From an uncultured virus (IMG/VR IMGVR_UViG_3300032268_001179) (taxonomy: Duplodnaviria; Heunggongvirae; Uroviricota; Caudoviricetes), in the IMG/VR virus record IMGVR_UViG_3300032268_001179: a DNA stretch of 64,000 nt. One strand, 5' to 3'. Of this stretch, positions 40,648 through 50,906 are shown in pieces (position 1 is the first letter of the stretch; each line of letters opens with the position of its first letter). A program made the translations under genes and the position numbers. The notes below the pieces were generated by a model. It did not search any database. It was not told the DNA's origin and saw only the letters and a program-made list of their open reading frames with translations.

Positions 40648-41271
40648 ATGAACTTAAGAAAACTCATCAGGGAAACATTAGAAGAACATTTGGATAGATC
40701 GTTGATTTTGAAAGAATCAGTTGAAATTTCCGATGCTTTGAAATATCACGTAGAAAACGAATTAACTCTTACAAATAATATTTTTAGAGTTTATTCTGAA
40801 GGGTATTTCGACTTAGTAAATGAAGTAAGAAAATTGTGGGAGGAAAACAAAATAGAACTTAATGAAGAAGATCAAATGATGGTCGAATCTGATTTGGGGA
40901 AAAGAATTGTTGCCAATGGTGAATTGGTTTATTTGGACGCTCCATTTATTCTCGAAGAAGAAGACGAGGGAGAAGTTTTGGAGGAAGCAAAACACCGAGG
41001 AAAAAATGTAAAATTAAATAAACCATTTCGAACCTCTGGTGGACCAAAGAAATTTGCAGTTTATGTCAAATCACCAAGTGGTAACATTAAGAAGGTTACC
41101 TTCGGTGATCCGAACTTAAGAGTTAGAAATCGAAATAAGGGTGCTGCCAAATCTTTCAGAGCAAGACACAGATGTGATCAAAAGAAAGATAGAACTACCG
41201 CAGGATATTGGAGTTGTAACGTAGGTCGTTATGCAAAACAACTTGGGCTTTCAAGTAAAAACTCTTGGTAA
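40648..41271 (+). CDS. conserved phage protein with basic C-terminal domain (KPFRT.GGPKKF.VYVK..SFRARH.C)
   Basis: motif familiar from large myophages; LEEA junction. Confidence 0.75.
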   Translation: MNLRKLIRETLEEHLDRSLILKESVEISDALKYHVENELTLTNNIFRVYSEGYFDLVNEVRKLWEENKIELNEEDQMMVESDLGKRIVANGELVYLDAPFILEEEDEGEVLEEAKHRGKNVKLNKPFRTSGGPKKFAVYVKSPSGNIKKVTFGDPNLRVRNRNKGAAKSFRARHRCDQKKDRTTAGYWSCNVGRYAKQLGLSSKNSW

Positions 41272-41537
41272 TGGATTTTCCTTTTGAACAAGTAGAAGTT
41301 GATAATAAAAAAATCAGGACGTTTAGTCCTGATGTGGAAGAAGATGAGTTGAAATGGCATCAAGACACTATGGACAGAAATGTTACCATCATTGAAGATG
41401 GGGGATGGTCATTTCAAATGGAGGATGAATTGCCGATCAAATTGTGTCGGGCCAGTCAAATTCATATTCCCAAATTTGTTTGGCACAGGGTCATAAAAGG
41501 ATCGGCTCAATTAGTGGTTGAAATACAAGAATTATAA
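41271..41537 (+). CDS. small cupin-like phage protein
   Basis: LKWH.D..DR, WHRVIKG. Confidence 0.7.
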   Translation: MDFPFEQVEVDNKKIRTFSPDVEEDELKWHQDTMDRNVTIIEDGGWSFQMEDELPIKLCRASQIHIPKFVWHRVIKGSAQLVVEIQEL

Positions 41538-41560
41538 AAACCCCGTGTCACGGGGTTTTT
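41536..41560. terminator. bidirectional terminator
   Basis: AAAAACCCCGTG/CACGGGGTTTTT between convergent genes. Confidence 0.8.
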
Positions 41561-42540
41561 TATGCTATAGTTAGGTTATGATCGTTGGTATAAGTTCGTA
41601 AATCAACGACATTATCCGCCGTATGTGTTGATGTTACAACACCAAACGTGGGAACTGGAATGGTTCCATCCGTTACAGGACCGATTATATCTGGATCATC
41701 TCCAAAAAGGTTTTCAGAAACCATACGGAACTGATCACTATAGTTCTCAACGTTTCGGATCATACCCAAAGTGCATAAATCACGATTAGTTTCTGTTGAA
41801 GAAAATATTTTTTTTACAATTGGGAATAGATAGTCATTCACATCCAACTGTAGGAAATCCAAACGTTGATCAGACGGATCCCAAAAGCTTAGTTCATTTT
41901 CACTATCTAAGGATTTGAAACCCGCGAACTTATATCCATTTTCTTTATTGATGAAATACACCAAAATCCCACGTCTCCAATATCTTACAAAATGAGATTT
42001 ATCACCATGATAAGTTGTGCACCATCTTGTTGAAGATCCATATTTTGCGGATGATTCGAAAGTAAGGGGTTTCAAAATTAACCACGTATCATCTTCGTAT
42101 TCTTTTACAATTTGGGATTCAAGTTCTTTCTCAATATCTTTCAACGAGGAAAGGGAGATTGCTTTTCTTAAAGAATCCAAAGAAGAATAGGTTGAAAGAT
42201 CTCTATTTGGAATTTTATTTTTTTCCATCCTAGATATGAACTCTGAAGTTGTTTCAAATAGTTCATTAGGAAAGAAATCTGATAACACATACATAGCTCG
42301 ACCTAAATAGTCATTTTTATAATCAAAGTTCAATCCTTTTTTTTGTAACAATTCTTTTGTATACTCACGGTCTCTTTTAATTTCATCGAGACTTCCTTGA
42401 TACTCAAATCTTTGAGAAAACAATTTACATAATAAAGGAAGGTATTTATAAGTCTTGGTGGTATCAATATTTTCAAGTAAATCAAAAACTGATAAATTAA
42501 GCTCAGGATATTGTTTCTTTAGTTCTGTAAGTCTAGACAT
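41560..42540 (-). CDS. hypothetical phage protein (YG..TRWCT family)
   Basis: 326-aa ORF. Confidence 0.75.
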   Translation of the reverse strand: MSRLTELKKQYPELNLSVFDLLENIDTTKTYKYLPLLCKLFSQRFEYQGSLDEIKRDREYTKELLQKKGLNFDYKNDYLGRAMYVLSDFFPNELFETTSEFISRMEKNKIPNRDLSTYSSLDSLRKAISLSSLKDIEKELESQIVKEYEDDTWLILKPLTFESSAKYGSSTRWCTTYHGDKSHFVRYWRRGILVYFINKENGYKFAGFKSLDSENELSFWDPSDQRLDFLQLDVNDYLFPIVKKIFSSTETNRDLCTLGMIRNVENYSDQFRMVSENLFGDDPDIIGPVTDGTIPVPTFGVVTSTHTADNVVDLRTYTNDHNLTIA

Positions 42541-42597
42541 AATTTTATTGATTTTATCAAAATATAGATAAAATCGAAATTAGTGTCAAACTCAGAT

Positions 42598-43218
42598 TTA
42601 TCTTAATCTTTTCAAAATTTTCTTGATCAATTCGCTCAATGTTTGTGAAGATATTAAAATAACACCTGATGAGAGAAGTCTCTCCGCAATTAATATTGAT
42701 GCTTCGTCTAAATCTTGCGTGCCAGATGCAATTGATGAAATGTCCGCAATAATTGGTATTAAAAAACTATACGCAATTGTATCAATAAAGGCTTTGGATC
42801 CTTGTGAGACTGAAGAAATAAAATCTATGAATGCAGTCTTCAAGTCTTCTCCTTTTCTCAATCCTGCATTAAACACATCTTGGAGACCCTCTTTCTTTAT
42901 TTGTGAAAACAATTTTGTCATCGGTCTTTTGGTTTCGAAAAATAGTGAAAACGCAAGTCCTGCTAAGACCAATCCTCGTTGCTCTTCAGTCAAATTAAAT
43001 TCACCACTTCTTAAAAAATAATCCAAAGGTAAAACTAAACCCCCAACTGAAGTCCCCCAAGTAAGTAACATTCTTAAGTTGATGTCATAAGATTTAAATA
43101 CCTGATTCACAATTTGTTTTGTGAAGGAATTCAATTTTTTCATATATGACCCTAATTGAGATTTTTCTTCTTCAGAGAGAAGAGTTCTTAATTGAGATTC
43201 CGTTATTAAAAATTCCAT
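42598..43218 (-). CDS. hypothetical protein, MEFLITESQL motif
   Basis: ORF; TATTTAT upstream on minus strand. Confidence 0.75.
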   Translation of the reverse strand: MEFLITESQLRTLLSEEEKSQLGSYMKKLNSFTKQIVNQVFKSYDINLRMLLTWGTSVGGLVLPLDYFLRSGEFNLTEEQRGLVLAGLAFSLFFETKRPMTKLFSQIKKEGLQDVFNAGLRKGEDLKTAFIDFISSVSQGSKAFIDTIAYSFLIPIIADISSIASGTQDLDEASILIAERLLSSGVILISSQTLSELIKKILKRLR

Positions 43219-43250
43219 ATCATATAAATATGTTGGTTATATTTATTGTT

Positions 43251-43478
43251 ATGAAAACACCATTGAATCCTCCACTGAACGTTGGAGATAGAATTATTTG
43301 TTACCATATGGAAGGTGAAACAGGAATTTCCCCTGGCACTAAAGGAACTGTTGTGAAAATAAGTAAAGATCCTTTCGAATATGATAGTGACGAGAAGATT
43401 ATAAGTGTCGATTGGGACAATGGATCTACTTTGGCGTTGATAACATCCACAGACGCTTGGAAAAAAATTAGTGAATAA
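43251..43478 (+). CDS. DUF4314-like SH3-fold protein
   Basis: GDRI...M, PGTKGTV, VDWDNGS.L. Confidence 0.7.
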   Translation: MKTPLNPPLNVGDRIICYHMEGETGISPGTKGTVVKISKDPFEYDSDEKIISVDWDNGSTLALITSTDAWKKISE

Positions 43479-43505
43479 GGAGAGGAGGAGTACTCCTCTC
43501 CCTAA

Positions 43506-43703
43506 TTATACAGTATGAAAGGATCGGATTTTCAAAAATGTCTTACCGATTGAATCGTCAAGAATTTTCCACATCTCTGAAGTCGCAACCTCTTTTTCAG
43601 TGTATGTTTTACTGAATAAAATCTCTCGGAAATATCCATACCCGTCATAGTATCCGTTAGTGTATGGATTAAAAATTACAAATACTTTTTTACCTTTTTT
43701 CAT
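43506..43703 (-). CDS. hypothetical protein
   Basis: ORF in minus-strand run. Confidence 0.55.
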   Translation of the reverse strand: MKKGKKVFVIFNPYTNGYYDGYGYFREILFSKTYTEKEVATSEMWKILDDSIGKTFLKIRSFHTV

Positions 43704-43704
43704 T

Positions 43705-43932
43705 TTATATAAAATATTCTTCAATACTCTTGTTTATTGTGCAATTTAATTTTTCTAGCTCATTTGATAAACTTTTTAAGAATTCTTCAGACCAAAAACC
43801 CCAAGTCCTATCTTTTGCTGGTTCATAATAAAAAAATCCATCAAAGTTAACAAATAATCCTACAACAATACCTGTTGACTGCAAACTTATTTCATAAGTT
43901 CTATTTTTTACTTTTTCTGTAACCTGTAACAT
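43705..43932 (-). CDS. hypothetical protein
   Basis: ORF in minus-strand run. Confidence 0.6.
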   Translation of the reverse strand: MLQVTEKVKNRTYEISLQSTGIVVGLFVNFDGFFYYEPAKDRTWGFWSEEFLKSLSNELEKLNCTINKSIEEYFI

Positions 43933-44169
43933 TTATTTGAAATTTATAATAATTGAAGATACGAAAACTTCTACTTTGTAACCCGACCACCTATTGTCTA
44001 ACTTGAAAAATTTGTCAAAATTATAAATTATAACTTCTTTTCCATGATGATATGATACCAAAGAATTCAAAGCATAATCAATAGAATAACCACCTTCAAG
44101 TTTTTCATTTAAAATTAAGTCAACAACCTCAGGAGTAAAATCTGAAAGGAGAGTAAGTGTTATTTTCAT
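43933..44169 (-). CDS. hypothetical protein
   Basis: ORF in minus-strand run. Confidence 0.6.
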   Translation of the reverse strand: MKITLTLLSDFTPEVVDLILNEKLEGGYSIDYALNSLVSYHHGKEVIIYNFDKFFKLDNRWSGYKVEVFVSSIIINFK

Positions 44170-44172
44170 TTT

Positions 44173-45276
44173 TCAATTTGATAAAGGTGCTTTGATTTTA
44201 CTGTGAGATTCGTAACCAATTAACTCAAAACAATCTGGTCTATAACTCCTAATTTTTTGTTGAAACATTCTTTCTTCAGAGTTTAATTTAACCAGTGGAT
44301 GTAGATACCAATCCCTTTCCGTGATTTGAACTTTTGGTAAATCATAAGGTCTTCTATACATTTGCTCTTTCGCTTGTTCAATATGGTTTGAGTATAAATG
44401 AACATCACCCAAATTACCAATCAATTCATCAGGAACCATATTAACTTCTCTTGCGATTATTTCTAATAACAAACCATACGAAGCAATGTTAAATGGTAAA
44501 CCTAAGAATGTATCAACTGAACGTTGATTCCACATTAAAGAGATTGCTCTGGTTGGAATGTTATAAGTATCAAGTAGTCTATTCCATCCGCTCACGTCAC
44601 TTGGAAATATATCTTTGTTCCAATTTGATTTATTATATACATCCATACGTTCTTGTGAACTCAACTCTCTTGTATAAACTTGAAATCCATAATGACAAGG
44701 TGGCAAAACCATTTGGTCTAACTCACCCACATTCCAAGCGCTTACCATCAATCGTCTACTATCTGGATTTGTTTTTAGTTCGTTGACTAAATTTGTGATT
44801 TGGTCTACATAATCTATAATATGGAGTGTTTCTTTATGTTCTGTATCTTCTACGTTCCTATATCGTTTCCAACTTCTCCACTGTTCACCATATATCGGTC
44901 CTAACTCACCCCACTTATTGGTAAACTCATCATCTGTTTTGATTTTGTTGATGAATTGTTCTTTAGTTAATGGTTGAAATCTGGGGCCTACCCATTCCAA
45001 ATAATTTTTGTATGCATCACCATCCCAAATGTGACAATCGTAATCCAATAGAAATTTAATATTAGTGTCACCTCTTAAGAACCATAACAATTCAACAACC
45101 ATAGTTTTCCATGCCATTTTCTTGGTTGTAAGTAAAGGAAATCCTTCAGACATTTTATGACGAATTTGTCTACCAAATACTGAAAGAGTACCAGTGCCTG
45201 TCCTATCTTTTTTTTGAGTCCCATTATTCAAAATATCTTGTAGGAGTTGTTGGTATGTTTTGTCTATGTTATTCAT
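44173..45276 (-). CDS. thyA: thymidylate synthase
   Basis: DRTGTGT, ELLWFLRG, LPPCH, QRSVD.FLGLPFNIASY, HLYSNH. Confidence 0.97.
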   Translation of the reverse strand: MNNIDKTYQQLLQDILNNGTQKKDRTGTGTLSVFGRQIRHKMSEGFPLLTTKKMAWKTMVVELLWFLRGDTNIKFLLDYDCHIWDGDAYKNYLEWVGPRFQPLTKEQFINKIKTDDEFTNKWGELGPIYGEQWRSWKRYRNVEDTEHKETLHIIDYVDQITNLVNELKTNPDSRRLMVSAWNVGELDQMVLPPCHYGFQVYTRELSSQERMDVYNKSNWNKDIFPSDVSGWNRLLDTYNIPTRAISLMWNQRSVDTFLGLPFNIASYGLLLEIIAREVNMVPDELIGNLGDVHLYSNHIEQAKEQMYRRPYDLPKVQITERDWYLHPLVKLNSEERMFQQKIRSYRPDCFELIGYESHSKIKAPLSN

Positions 45277-45643
45277 ATTGGTTCATTTCGTTTTTATTGA
45301 TAGGAGTTGGTTTTCCAGTTTCATCTACTCTAACAAACACTATTTCATCGATAGTGATCACATCTTCCTTGGTGTATTTGTTTCTAACATTACATTTGAA
45401 GGTAATTGATGTATTACCTAGTCTTACCAGATCCATTCCAATTTCAACTATATCTCCAAGCTTTGGTGATGTCCTGAAATCAATTTTTGACATTGCTTTG
45501 GTAACAACCATTCTATCACCAATTTGACAAATAGCATAAACAGATGCTTCCTCATCAATCCACTTCAACAATTGGCCCCCAAAGAGTGTTCCTCTCGGGT
45601 TTAAATCTTCGTATTTTACAATTTTTCGTGTCCGATAAATCAT
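45269..45643 (-). CDS. acyl-CoA thioesterase (hotdog fold)
   Basis: DLNPRGTLFGGQLLKWIDE. Confidence 0.9.
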   Translation of the reverse strand: MIYRTRKIVKYEDLNPRGTLFGGQLLKWIDEEASVYAICQIGDRMVVTKAMSKIDFRTSPKLGDIVEIGMDLVRLGNTSITFKCNVRNKYTKEDVITIDEIVFVRVDETGKPTPINKNEMNQYE

Positions 45644-45934
45644 AACTAGATTTTAGGCCATTGTTGGTGGTGATTTCTAAAATGATTCGACAATTCGAAT
45701 CCCAAAAAAATTTCTTTCAAAATTCTTTTAACTTTTGAGATCACCGTTTTCATCTTCATCGAATAAATCTTCACCCTTGTAATCTGGATAATTTTCGTGC
45801 ATGTAATCAATTGCTTTGACCCATCTACCTGCAATGTAAATCAATAACAGGACACATCCTGCTAGTATCATAAATTCTTTCATAATTTTATAAAATTTTG
45901 TTTAACTATAAATATTTCAAAGATAAACAATTTT

Positions 45935-46237
45935 CTACTGATTTTCATCATTTTTTCTACCAAAAATTTTGTAAATTTTGTATCGTATGTTTTCGATTTG
46001 AGTCATCGCGATCCATTTACCAATAACGCTACCAGCAATGTAAAACGCGATGACCCACCAATCTCCCTCAAATAATCTGTCCAAAGACCAATAAACCGTG
46101 GCTAAAGATACCAAGTTGATATAAACTGAGTTATACAGAAGTAAATTTAATTTATTCTCATAGGTATACTTGATCTCCAACACTTTAAAAATATTGAACA
46201 TAATTTGAAAAACCAAAACCAACAAATAATATTTCAT
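45935..46237 (-). CDS. membrane protein
   Basis: three hydrophobic segments. Confidence 0.7.
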   Translation of the reverse strand: MKYYLLVLVFQIMFNIFKVLEIKYTYENKLNLLLYNSVYINLVSLATVYWSLDRLFEGDWWVIAFYIAGSVIGKWIAMTQIENIRYKIYKIFGRKNDENQ

Positions 46238-46434
46238 CTTTTATTTTGGTTATCCCATTCCTCCAAAATGTAATTTATGTTGTTGGACAAATGATCTTGT
46301 TTTGACAACCATTCAGTAAAATCTTTGATTCCTAACTCATAAGATTCCTTCATACAATCCTCTACTGATTTTGAGTCCAAGAATGAACTATGAACAATGT
46401 GTTTTTCGTAGATTTTTTTTAGTTCGGGTTTCAT
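46234..46434 (-). CDS. hypothetical protein
   Basis: ORF overlapping the next start. Confidence 0.6.
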   Translation of the reverse strand: MKPELKKIYEKHIVHSSFLDSKSVEDCMKESYELGIKDFTEWLSKQDHLSNNINYILEEWDNQNKR

Positions 46435-46463
46435 GGTTTTTTTACGAAAACGGTTTACTATGA

Positions 46464-46685
46464 TCAGTTTTGAATAAGCATGTTGGAATTTGCGATTGGA
46501 AACCTAGCAACTGGAACACGAATTTCAGTTCCTTTTTCATCAATTACTTTTCTCATAACTTCATAATAGGATTCCATTACTTTGACTGTTGGAACTTCTG
46601 AAAATGTATGAATAATCTTAGATCCAGGTTCTCCTGAATATAATGTGACAGTTTTACTTGTTGTGTTGAATACTAATGTTTGCAT
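46464..46685 (-). CDS. hypothetical protein
   Basis: ORF. Confidence 0.65.
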   Translation of the reverse strand: MQTLVFNTTSKTVTLYSGEPGSKIIHTFSEVPTVKVMESYYEVMRKVIDEKGTEIRVPVARFPIANSNMLIQN

Positions 46686-46686
46686 A

Positions 46687-46914
46687 TTATTTAATTTGTT
46701 CTAATATTATTTTATCATTTTTTTTGAAAACACATCGTTTCCATACTCGATTATCATTTTTATCAGGTAAGGAGTAATATTGTCTATCACCACAGAATCT
46801 ACATTCTCTGATGTTAACCCTGACGTGTTTTCTTCCTTTCGGGTGACCCACAACTTCGATTTTTTCCTTTTTGGTTTTCCACCAATGCAGTCCGATACGA
46901 CAAAGAAGCTTCAT
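46687..46914 (-). CDS. small Zn-binding protein (LLC..G.H..C..CG, DUF1660-like)
   Basis: Cys/His pattern. Confidence 0.6.
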   Translation of the reverse strand: MKLLCRIGLHWWKTKKEKIEVVGHPKGRKHVRVNIRECRFCGDRQYYSLPDKNDNRVWKRCVFKKNDKIILEQIK

Positions 46915-46918
46915 AATT

Positions 46919-47107
46919 TTAATAATAACGTTTTTGTATGACTATTCCGTAAGTAAAATTAAAAAAAGAAACATTAAGACCAAAGGCTGGGGTGTTTATT
47001 CCTGTTTCCCAGAAGTAATATTGATCATACCAAATAGATATACAGGGAACTATCCAATATTTTCCCGTAACTTTTCTAAGTTTACTGTGATTTACTTTCC
47101 AATACAT
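46919..47107 (-). CDS. hypothetical protein
   Basis: ORF. Confidence 0.55.
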   Translation of the reverse strand: MYWKVNHSKLRKVTGKYWIVPCISIWYDQYYFWETGINTPAFGLNVSFFNFTYGIVIQKRYY

Positions 47108-47137
47108 TTTTTTGTTTTTTACAATAATAAGAAAAAA

Positions 47138-47392
47138 TTACTCAGAAACCAAAAATACTGGATTTTGTTCTCCCGCATAAAGACCGATTATATTATAATC
47201 AAAAAATTCAACAGCCTCAGAATGTGTCATCAGGTCTCTTTCACAAAGAATGTTGAGGATTTTGTTTTTTGAATAAAGAATTCTAGGCCCGTTACCAAAC
47301 TCTTCAACAATTCCAATAATAGCGTCATCGAGTCCATCCAAGATGATAGCTCCTTCAGCGTATTCGTCAATATCGTAGTCGTTGATTGTCAT
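47138..47392 (-). CDS. conserved phage protein (DGLDDAIIG..EAVEFFDYNI.G.Y.GE)
   Basis: recognisable phage motif. Confidence 0.75.
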   Translation of the reverse strand: MTINDYDIDEYAEGAIILDGLDDAIIGIVEEFGNGPRILYSKNKILNILCERDLMTHSEAVEFFDYNIIGLYAGEQNPVFLVSE

Positions 47393-47559
47393 ATAAAAAT
47401 AACAAGTGAGATCGTAAATTGAGGCGATAAATAAATTACCAAGATACTATCGGATGAAAATATGAAACTCACTTGTTATTACAATAATAAAATTTACCTC
47501 GGGTAATGTCAAATGAAAAAACAAAAACTTTAAAGTATTTATATTAAACATTTTATAAT

Positions 47560-48780
47560 ATGAGAGGATACTTTGGATTAGGTCAATTATCGGCAACAGA
47601 GAAACAAGATATTTTGGACCAACACAAAAGTTTGTATAATGGATATCAAACCATGCAACCGCAAGTTTCTAATACCCAACCTTTATACACTTACGATTTT
47701 GCTGGAGACAAAGACGGTATGGTTGTTAACAACAAAGGAGAAGTTAAGAAATATACCAATATAGGAATCAATGAACAAGTGAATCCGAAAGGTGTATGTG
47801 AACAATGCGGGGGAACAATGAGAGAAGATGTTTGCGAACAATGTGGAAGCAAGATGGAAGGTGAAGTTGAAGAAGGTGTTGGGAAACTTGATGACATTTA
47901 TGATGAGGAAGATTTGAACCCTTCAGCAGGATTTGATTACATTGAAGGACCATCCAATAGTGTTGATACATTCGAGAAAATGCATAAAAATTTATACAAA
48001 GAGGATGAATATGAGGATGATGACAACGAGAATGATGGAGATGAAAATTTACAGGTTGGAGACCAATTAGATGAACAAGGATATACAGGTGGTGGAAACG
48101 CTCCCGACATGGATATAAGTAACATCGAACCAGCTTACAACTTTAGAAGTAACGGTCCTGATGAAGTTTATCCAACTGAAGGAGAAATGGAAGAACAAAC
48201 TCCTGAGGATAATACGAGGTATAGAAGAAGAGGAATTACTTATGACAACCTATTAAGTTTTATTGATTATGAAAAAACTCAATGGGATGCGTGTCATGAT
48301 TTTAGTGATGAATTCGAATACGCTGACAACATTATTTCTTCGGCAATTGATAATTTCTTCGCTGAAACAAGACAAGATTATGAAAATGATGATCTTTTTG
48401 ATGAATTACATGATATTTGTAAAGATTGGTTTGGAGAAGATTTAATTTCGGGTTATTACGAAGAGTGTGGTGGTCAAGAAGAGGAAGAAGAAGAGGATTT
48501 TATGTTCATGGAATCGGCATTTGCTGATGAAGAAATTGAAGAAGCAAATGATGTCTCAGGATCACAAGGAATTTATGGAGATATGGAACCACCTTATAAT
48601 TTTGGGTCAAAAGGACCTGGTAGCGCTGGACCATATCAGAGATCAAGTTATTACGAGGAAGAAGATGAGGATGAAGAATCCGAAGAAGATTTTGAACTTG
48701 ATGAAGATTTGAAAGAATCTTTTATGGAACAAAAAAATAAAGTCATGAAAATGATGAATCGAATGAAAATAATAAAATAA
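47560..48780 (+). CDS. highly acidic protein (scaffold/core-like)
   Basis: Asp/Glu-rich; CEQCG repeats; many L/V/I-x-E sites. Confidence 0.7.
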   Translation: MRGYFGLGQLSATEKQDILDQHKSLYNGYQTMQPQVSNTQPLYTYDFAGDKDGMVVNNKGEVKKYTNIGINEQVNPKGVCEQCGGTMREDVCEQCGSKMEGEVEEGVGKLDDIYDEEDLNPSAGFDYIEGPSNSVDTFEKMHKNLYKEDEYEDDDNENDGDENLQVGDQLDEQGYTGGGNAPDMDISNIEPAYNFRSNGPDEVYPTEGEMEEQTPEDNTRYRRRGITYDNLLSFIDYEKTQWDACHDFSDEFEYADNIISSAIDNFFAETRQDYENDDLFDELHDICKDWFGEDLISGYYEECGGQEEEEEEDFMFMESAFADEEIEEANDVSGSQGIYGDMEPPYNFGSKGPGSAGPYQRSSYYEEEDEDEESEEDFELDEDLKESFMEQKNKVMKMMNRMKIIK

Positions 48781-48876
48781 AAAAAACCCCTCCGAAACGA
48801 GGGGTTTTTTATTTTATTCCAATGAAAATATGACTTTTCATATATTTTCTAATATTTGTTATTAAATTGTAGCCAT

Positions 48877-49179
48877 ATGGAAATCAAAGAAATTGTCTCT
48901 TACTATTTTAACGGTGAGAAAAATCTATTGGAAGTTTCGTTTAGAACTATCGAAGATGAAGAAGATGTTGTGAGAATTGATACCATCGATTATAGCGTAG
49001 TCGAAAGTTATGGGTTTGACCTTATCACCGAATCATTCGATTTTTTTGATGATGATCTTGTAGAAGATTCTTATGAGGACGAGGGAAAAATTGAATTGGA
49101 TGAAGATGAACTCATTTCTTTTTTGAATGAATATTACATCGTAAACGCAGATTCAATTCCACAACCAGAATTTTATTAA
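48877..49179 (+). CDS. acidic hypothetical protein
   Basis: ORF. Confidence 0.7.
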   Translation: MEIKEIVSYYFNGEKNLLEVSFRTIEDEEDVVRIDTIDYSVVESYGFDLITESFDFFDDDLVEDSYEDEGKIELDEDELISFLNEYYIVNADSIPQPEFY

Positions 49180-49706
49180 GGCCCAACTCTTGTCAAATAT
49201 AGGGTCATTACTTGTTTTTGTCCCATTTTACCACTGGGCCAAACTCCTGATGATTTTAATTGGAGGGTTTCAAAACCATCATCTTCAATCATAAATGTCA
49301 TACGCTGTTGACCTCCAGTTTTTTTCAAATAATCAAATTGAAGGTTCCCTGAATAAAATGGTGTTCCTCCAAAAACTTCGTAATAAATGTAATTTGGATC
49401 AGTTCCATAGATCCAAATATCTTCACCAGAGGTTTTTACCCCTTTGAATCCCATTCTGATGGTTGAATAATCAAAATGAATGTAAAAATTATTTATAGGT
49501 ATGTTATTGAATGGATCAGGCCAATCATTACTTCTGAAGGTTGTTCCTAACAAATACAATTGATCTTTAGTCTGATTCTGATCAACATTTGTGATCTCTA
49601 ATTTTGAAACAACGTATTTTCCACTCAAAGAAACGGATTTGGTTTCTGTCACATAAAGTTGACAAGAATACAACGTGAACAGGATGGTAAGTAGCACATA
49701 TCTCAT
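49176..49706 (-). CDS. putative lipoprotein
   Basis: lipobox LYSC. Confidence 0.65.
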   Translation of the reverse strand: MRYVLLTILFTLYSCQLYVTETKSVSLSGKYVVSKLEITNVDQNQTKDQLYLLGTTFRSNDWPDPFNNIPINNFYIHFDYSTIRMGFKGVKTSGEDIWIYGTDPNYIYYEVFGGTPFYSGNLQFDYLKKTGGQQRMTFMIEDDGFETLQLKSSGVWPSGKMGQKQVMTLYLTRVGP

Positions 49707-49754
49707 ACCCAAATATAATGAAATTCTTTTTACCAAAACAAAATATTTATTATT

Positions 49755-49985
49755 ATGATTTTAGATGTTGACGTTTTAATCCAATTTTTTAAAAAATATT
49801 CTGAAGGTTTTGAAAAACAAGAAGTTGGAGAACAGGAAGCCGCACCAGCAAGTGGTGGTGGAACTAAGGTCCCGAAATGGGCTGACTCATATACCATAAC
49901 TAGAGGGAAAGCCAATAGATTGGGTGCTGCTGGCGAAAAATGGAATACTGATATCAAAAGAGGATCTGCAAATCAGATTTGGTGA
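49755..49985 (+). CDS. hypothetical protein
   Basis: ORF. Confidence 0.65.
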   Translation: MILDVDVLIQFFKKYSEGFEKQEVGEQEAAPASGGGTKVPKWADSYTITRGKANRLGAAGEKWNTDIKRGSANQIW

Positions 49986-50017
49986 TTAACATATATTTAT
50001 AATAAAATTGAAACACA

Positions 50018-50902
50018 ATGGTGCAACCAAAATATAGCCCACACGAGGCCCTTGAAAGGATAAAGTTGATGATGAATTATGATTCTTCAAAAACTTTGAA
50101 TGAGAATAAAAAAATTATATTTGAAGACGAGGAAACAACTACATCAACTGATGCCAATACTCTAACAGTCGCAGACTTGATGGGGGATACTGGTAGACTC
50201 AGACAATATTTTCAAACTGTTACAGATTTTGGTAATATAGTTGGACTACCAAATTTATTTGATATTGTCGGTGTCAATCTCTCCAATTTATTAGCGGGCA
50301 GAAGAAAGGGAGTAAAAGGTGCTGTAGACGCTTTAGATGGGTTTGTTGATTTGGAGGATTTAACTTACGTTTTGACTGTAATTAAATCATTAGACGGAAA
50401 ATGTTATTACGATGATGTTGACGAAGCCAAAATACCAGCAATTGAAAAATTTCTTCAATTATATAATGAAGATGAGAATGAAGATTTGGAGGCTGAAGTA
50501 GAAGGTGTAGGAATTAGAACACTACCAACTGGAGCATCTGATATCAAAAGAGCGATAACAAGAGAGATTTCAAAACAAAAATCCCAATCATGTGCGGCCT
50601 CTAGTGATGGAGGAAGTACAGAAGGAGGATCTGGAGGAAGTACTGGAGGAAGTACTGGAGGATACAAAGATTGTTCAGGAACTTATTCTTACGGTTGTAA
50701 ATCATCTGTCATTGCAAAAGTTCAAGGATGTTTGGGAGGATTAGTTACGGATGGTAAATTTGGGCCAAAAACTCAAGCATCCTTAAAGTCAAAAGGATAT
50801 AATTCATTCACAGATGCTGATGTTGATAAAATATGTGGAATTGACTCGGTTGAAGATACTGACTTAGAGGATATTGACGGAGCAGATCCAAATCAAATTT
50901 AA
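50018..50902 (+). CDS. putative virion protein with C-terminal PG-binding motif
   Basis: LERIKLMMNY; VQGCLG..DGKFGPKT. Confidence 0.7.
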   Translation: MVQPKYSPHEALERIKLMMNYDSSKTLNENKKIIFEDEETTTSTDANTLTVADLMGDTGRLRQYFQTVTDFGNIVGLPNLFDIVGVNLSNLLAGRRKGVKGAVDALDGFVDLEDLTYVLTVIKSLDGKCYYDDVDEAKIPAIEKFLQLYNEDENEDLEAEVEGVGIRTLPTGASDIKRAITREISKQKSQSCAASSDGGSTEGGSGGSTGGSTGGYKDCSGTYSYGCKSSVIAKVQGCLGGLVTDGKFGPKTQASLKSKGYNSFTDADVDKICGIDSVEDTDLEDIDGADPNQI

Positions 50903-50906
50903 AAAT

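Noticed and set aside
44173..45276. Intron or intein in thyA
   Set aside because: The ORF is continuous; extra length comes from short insertions without intein motifs.
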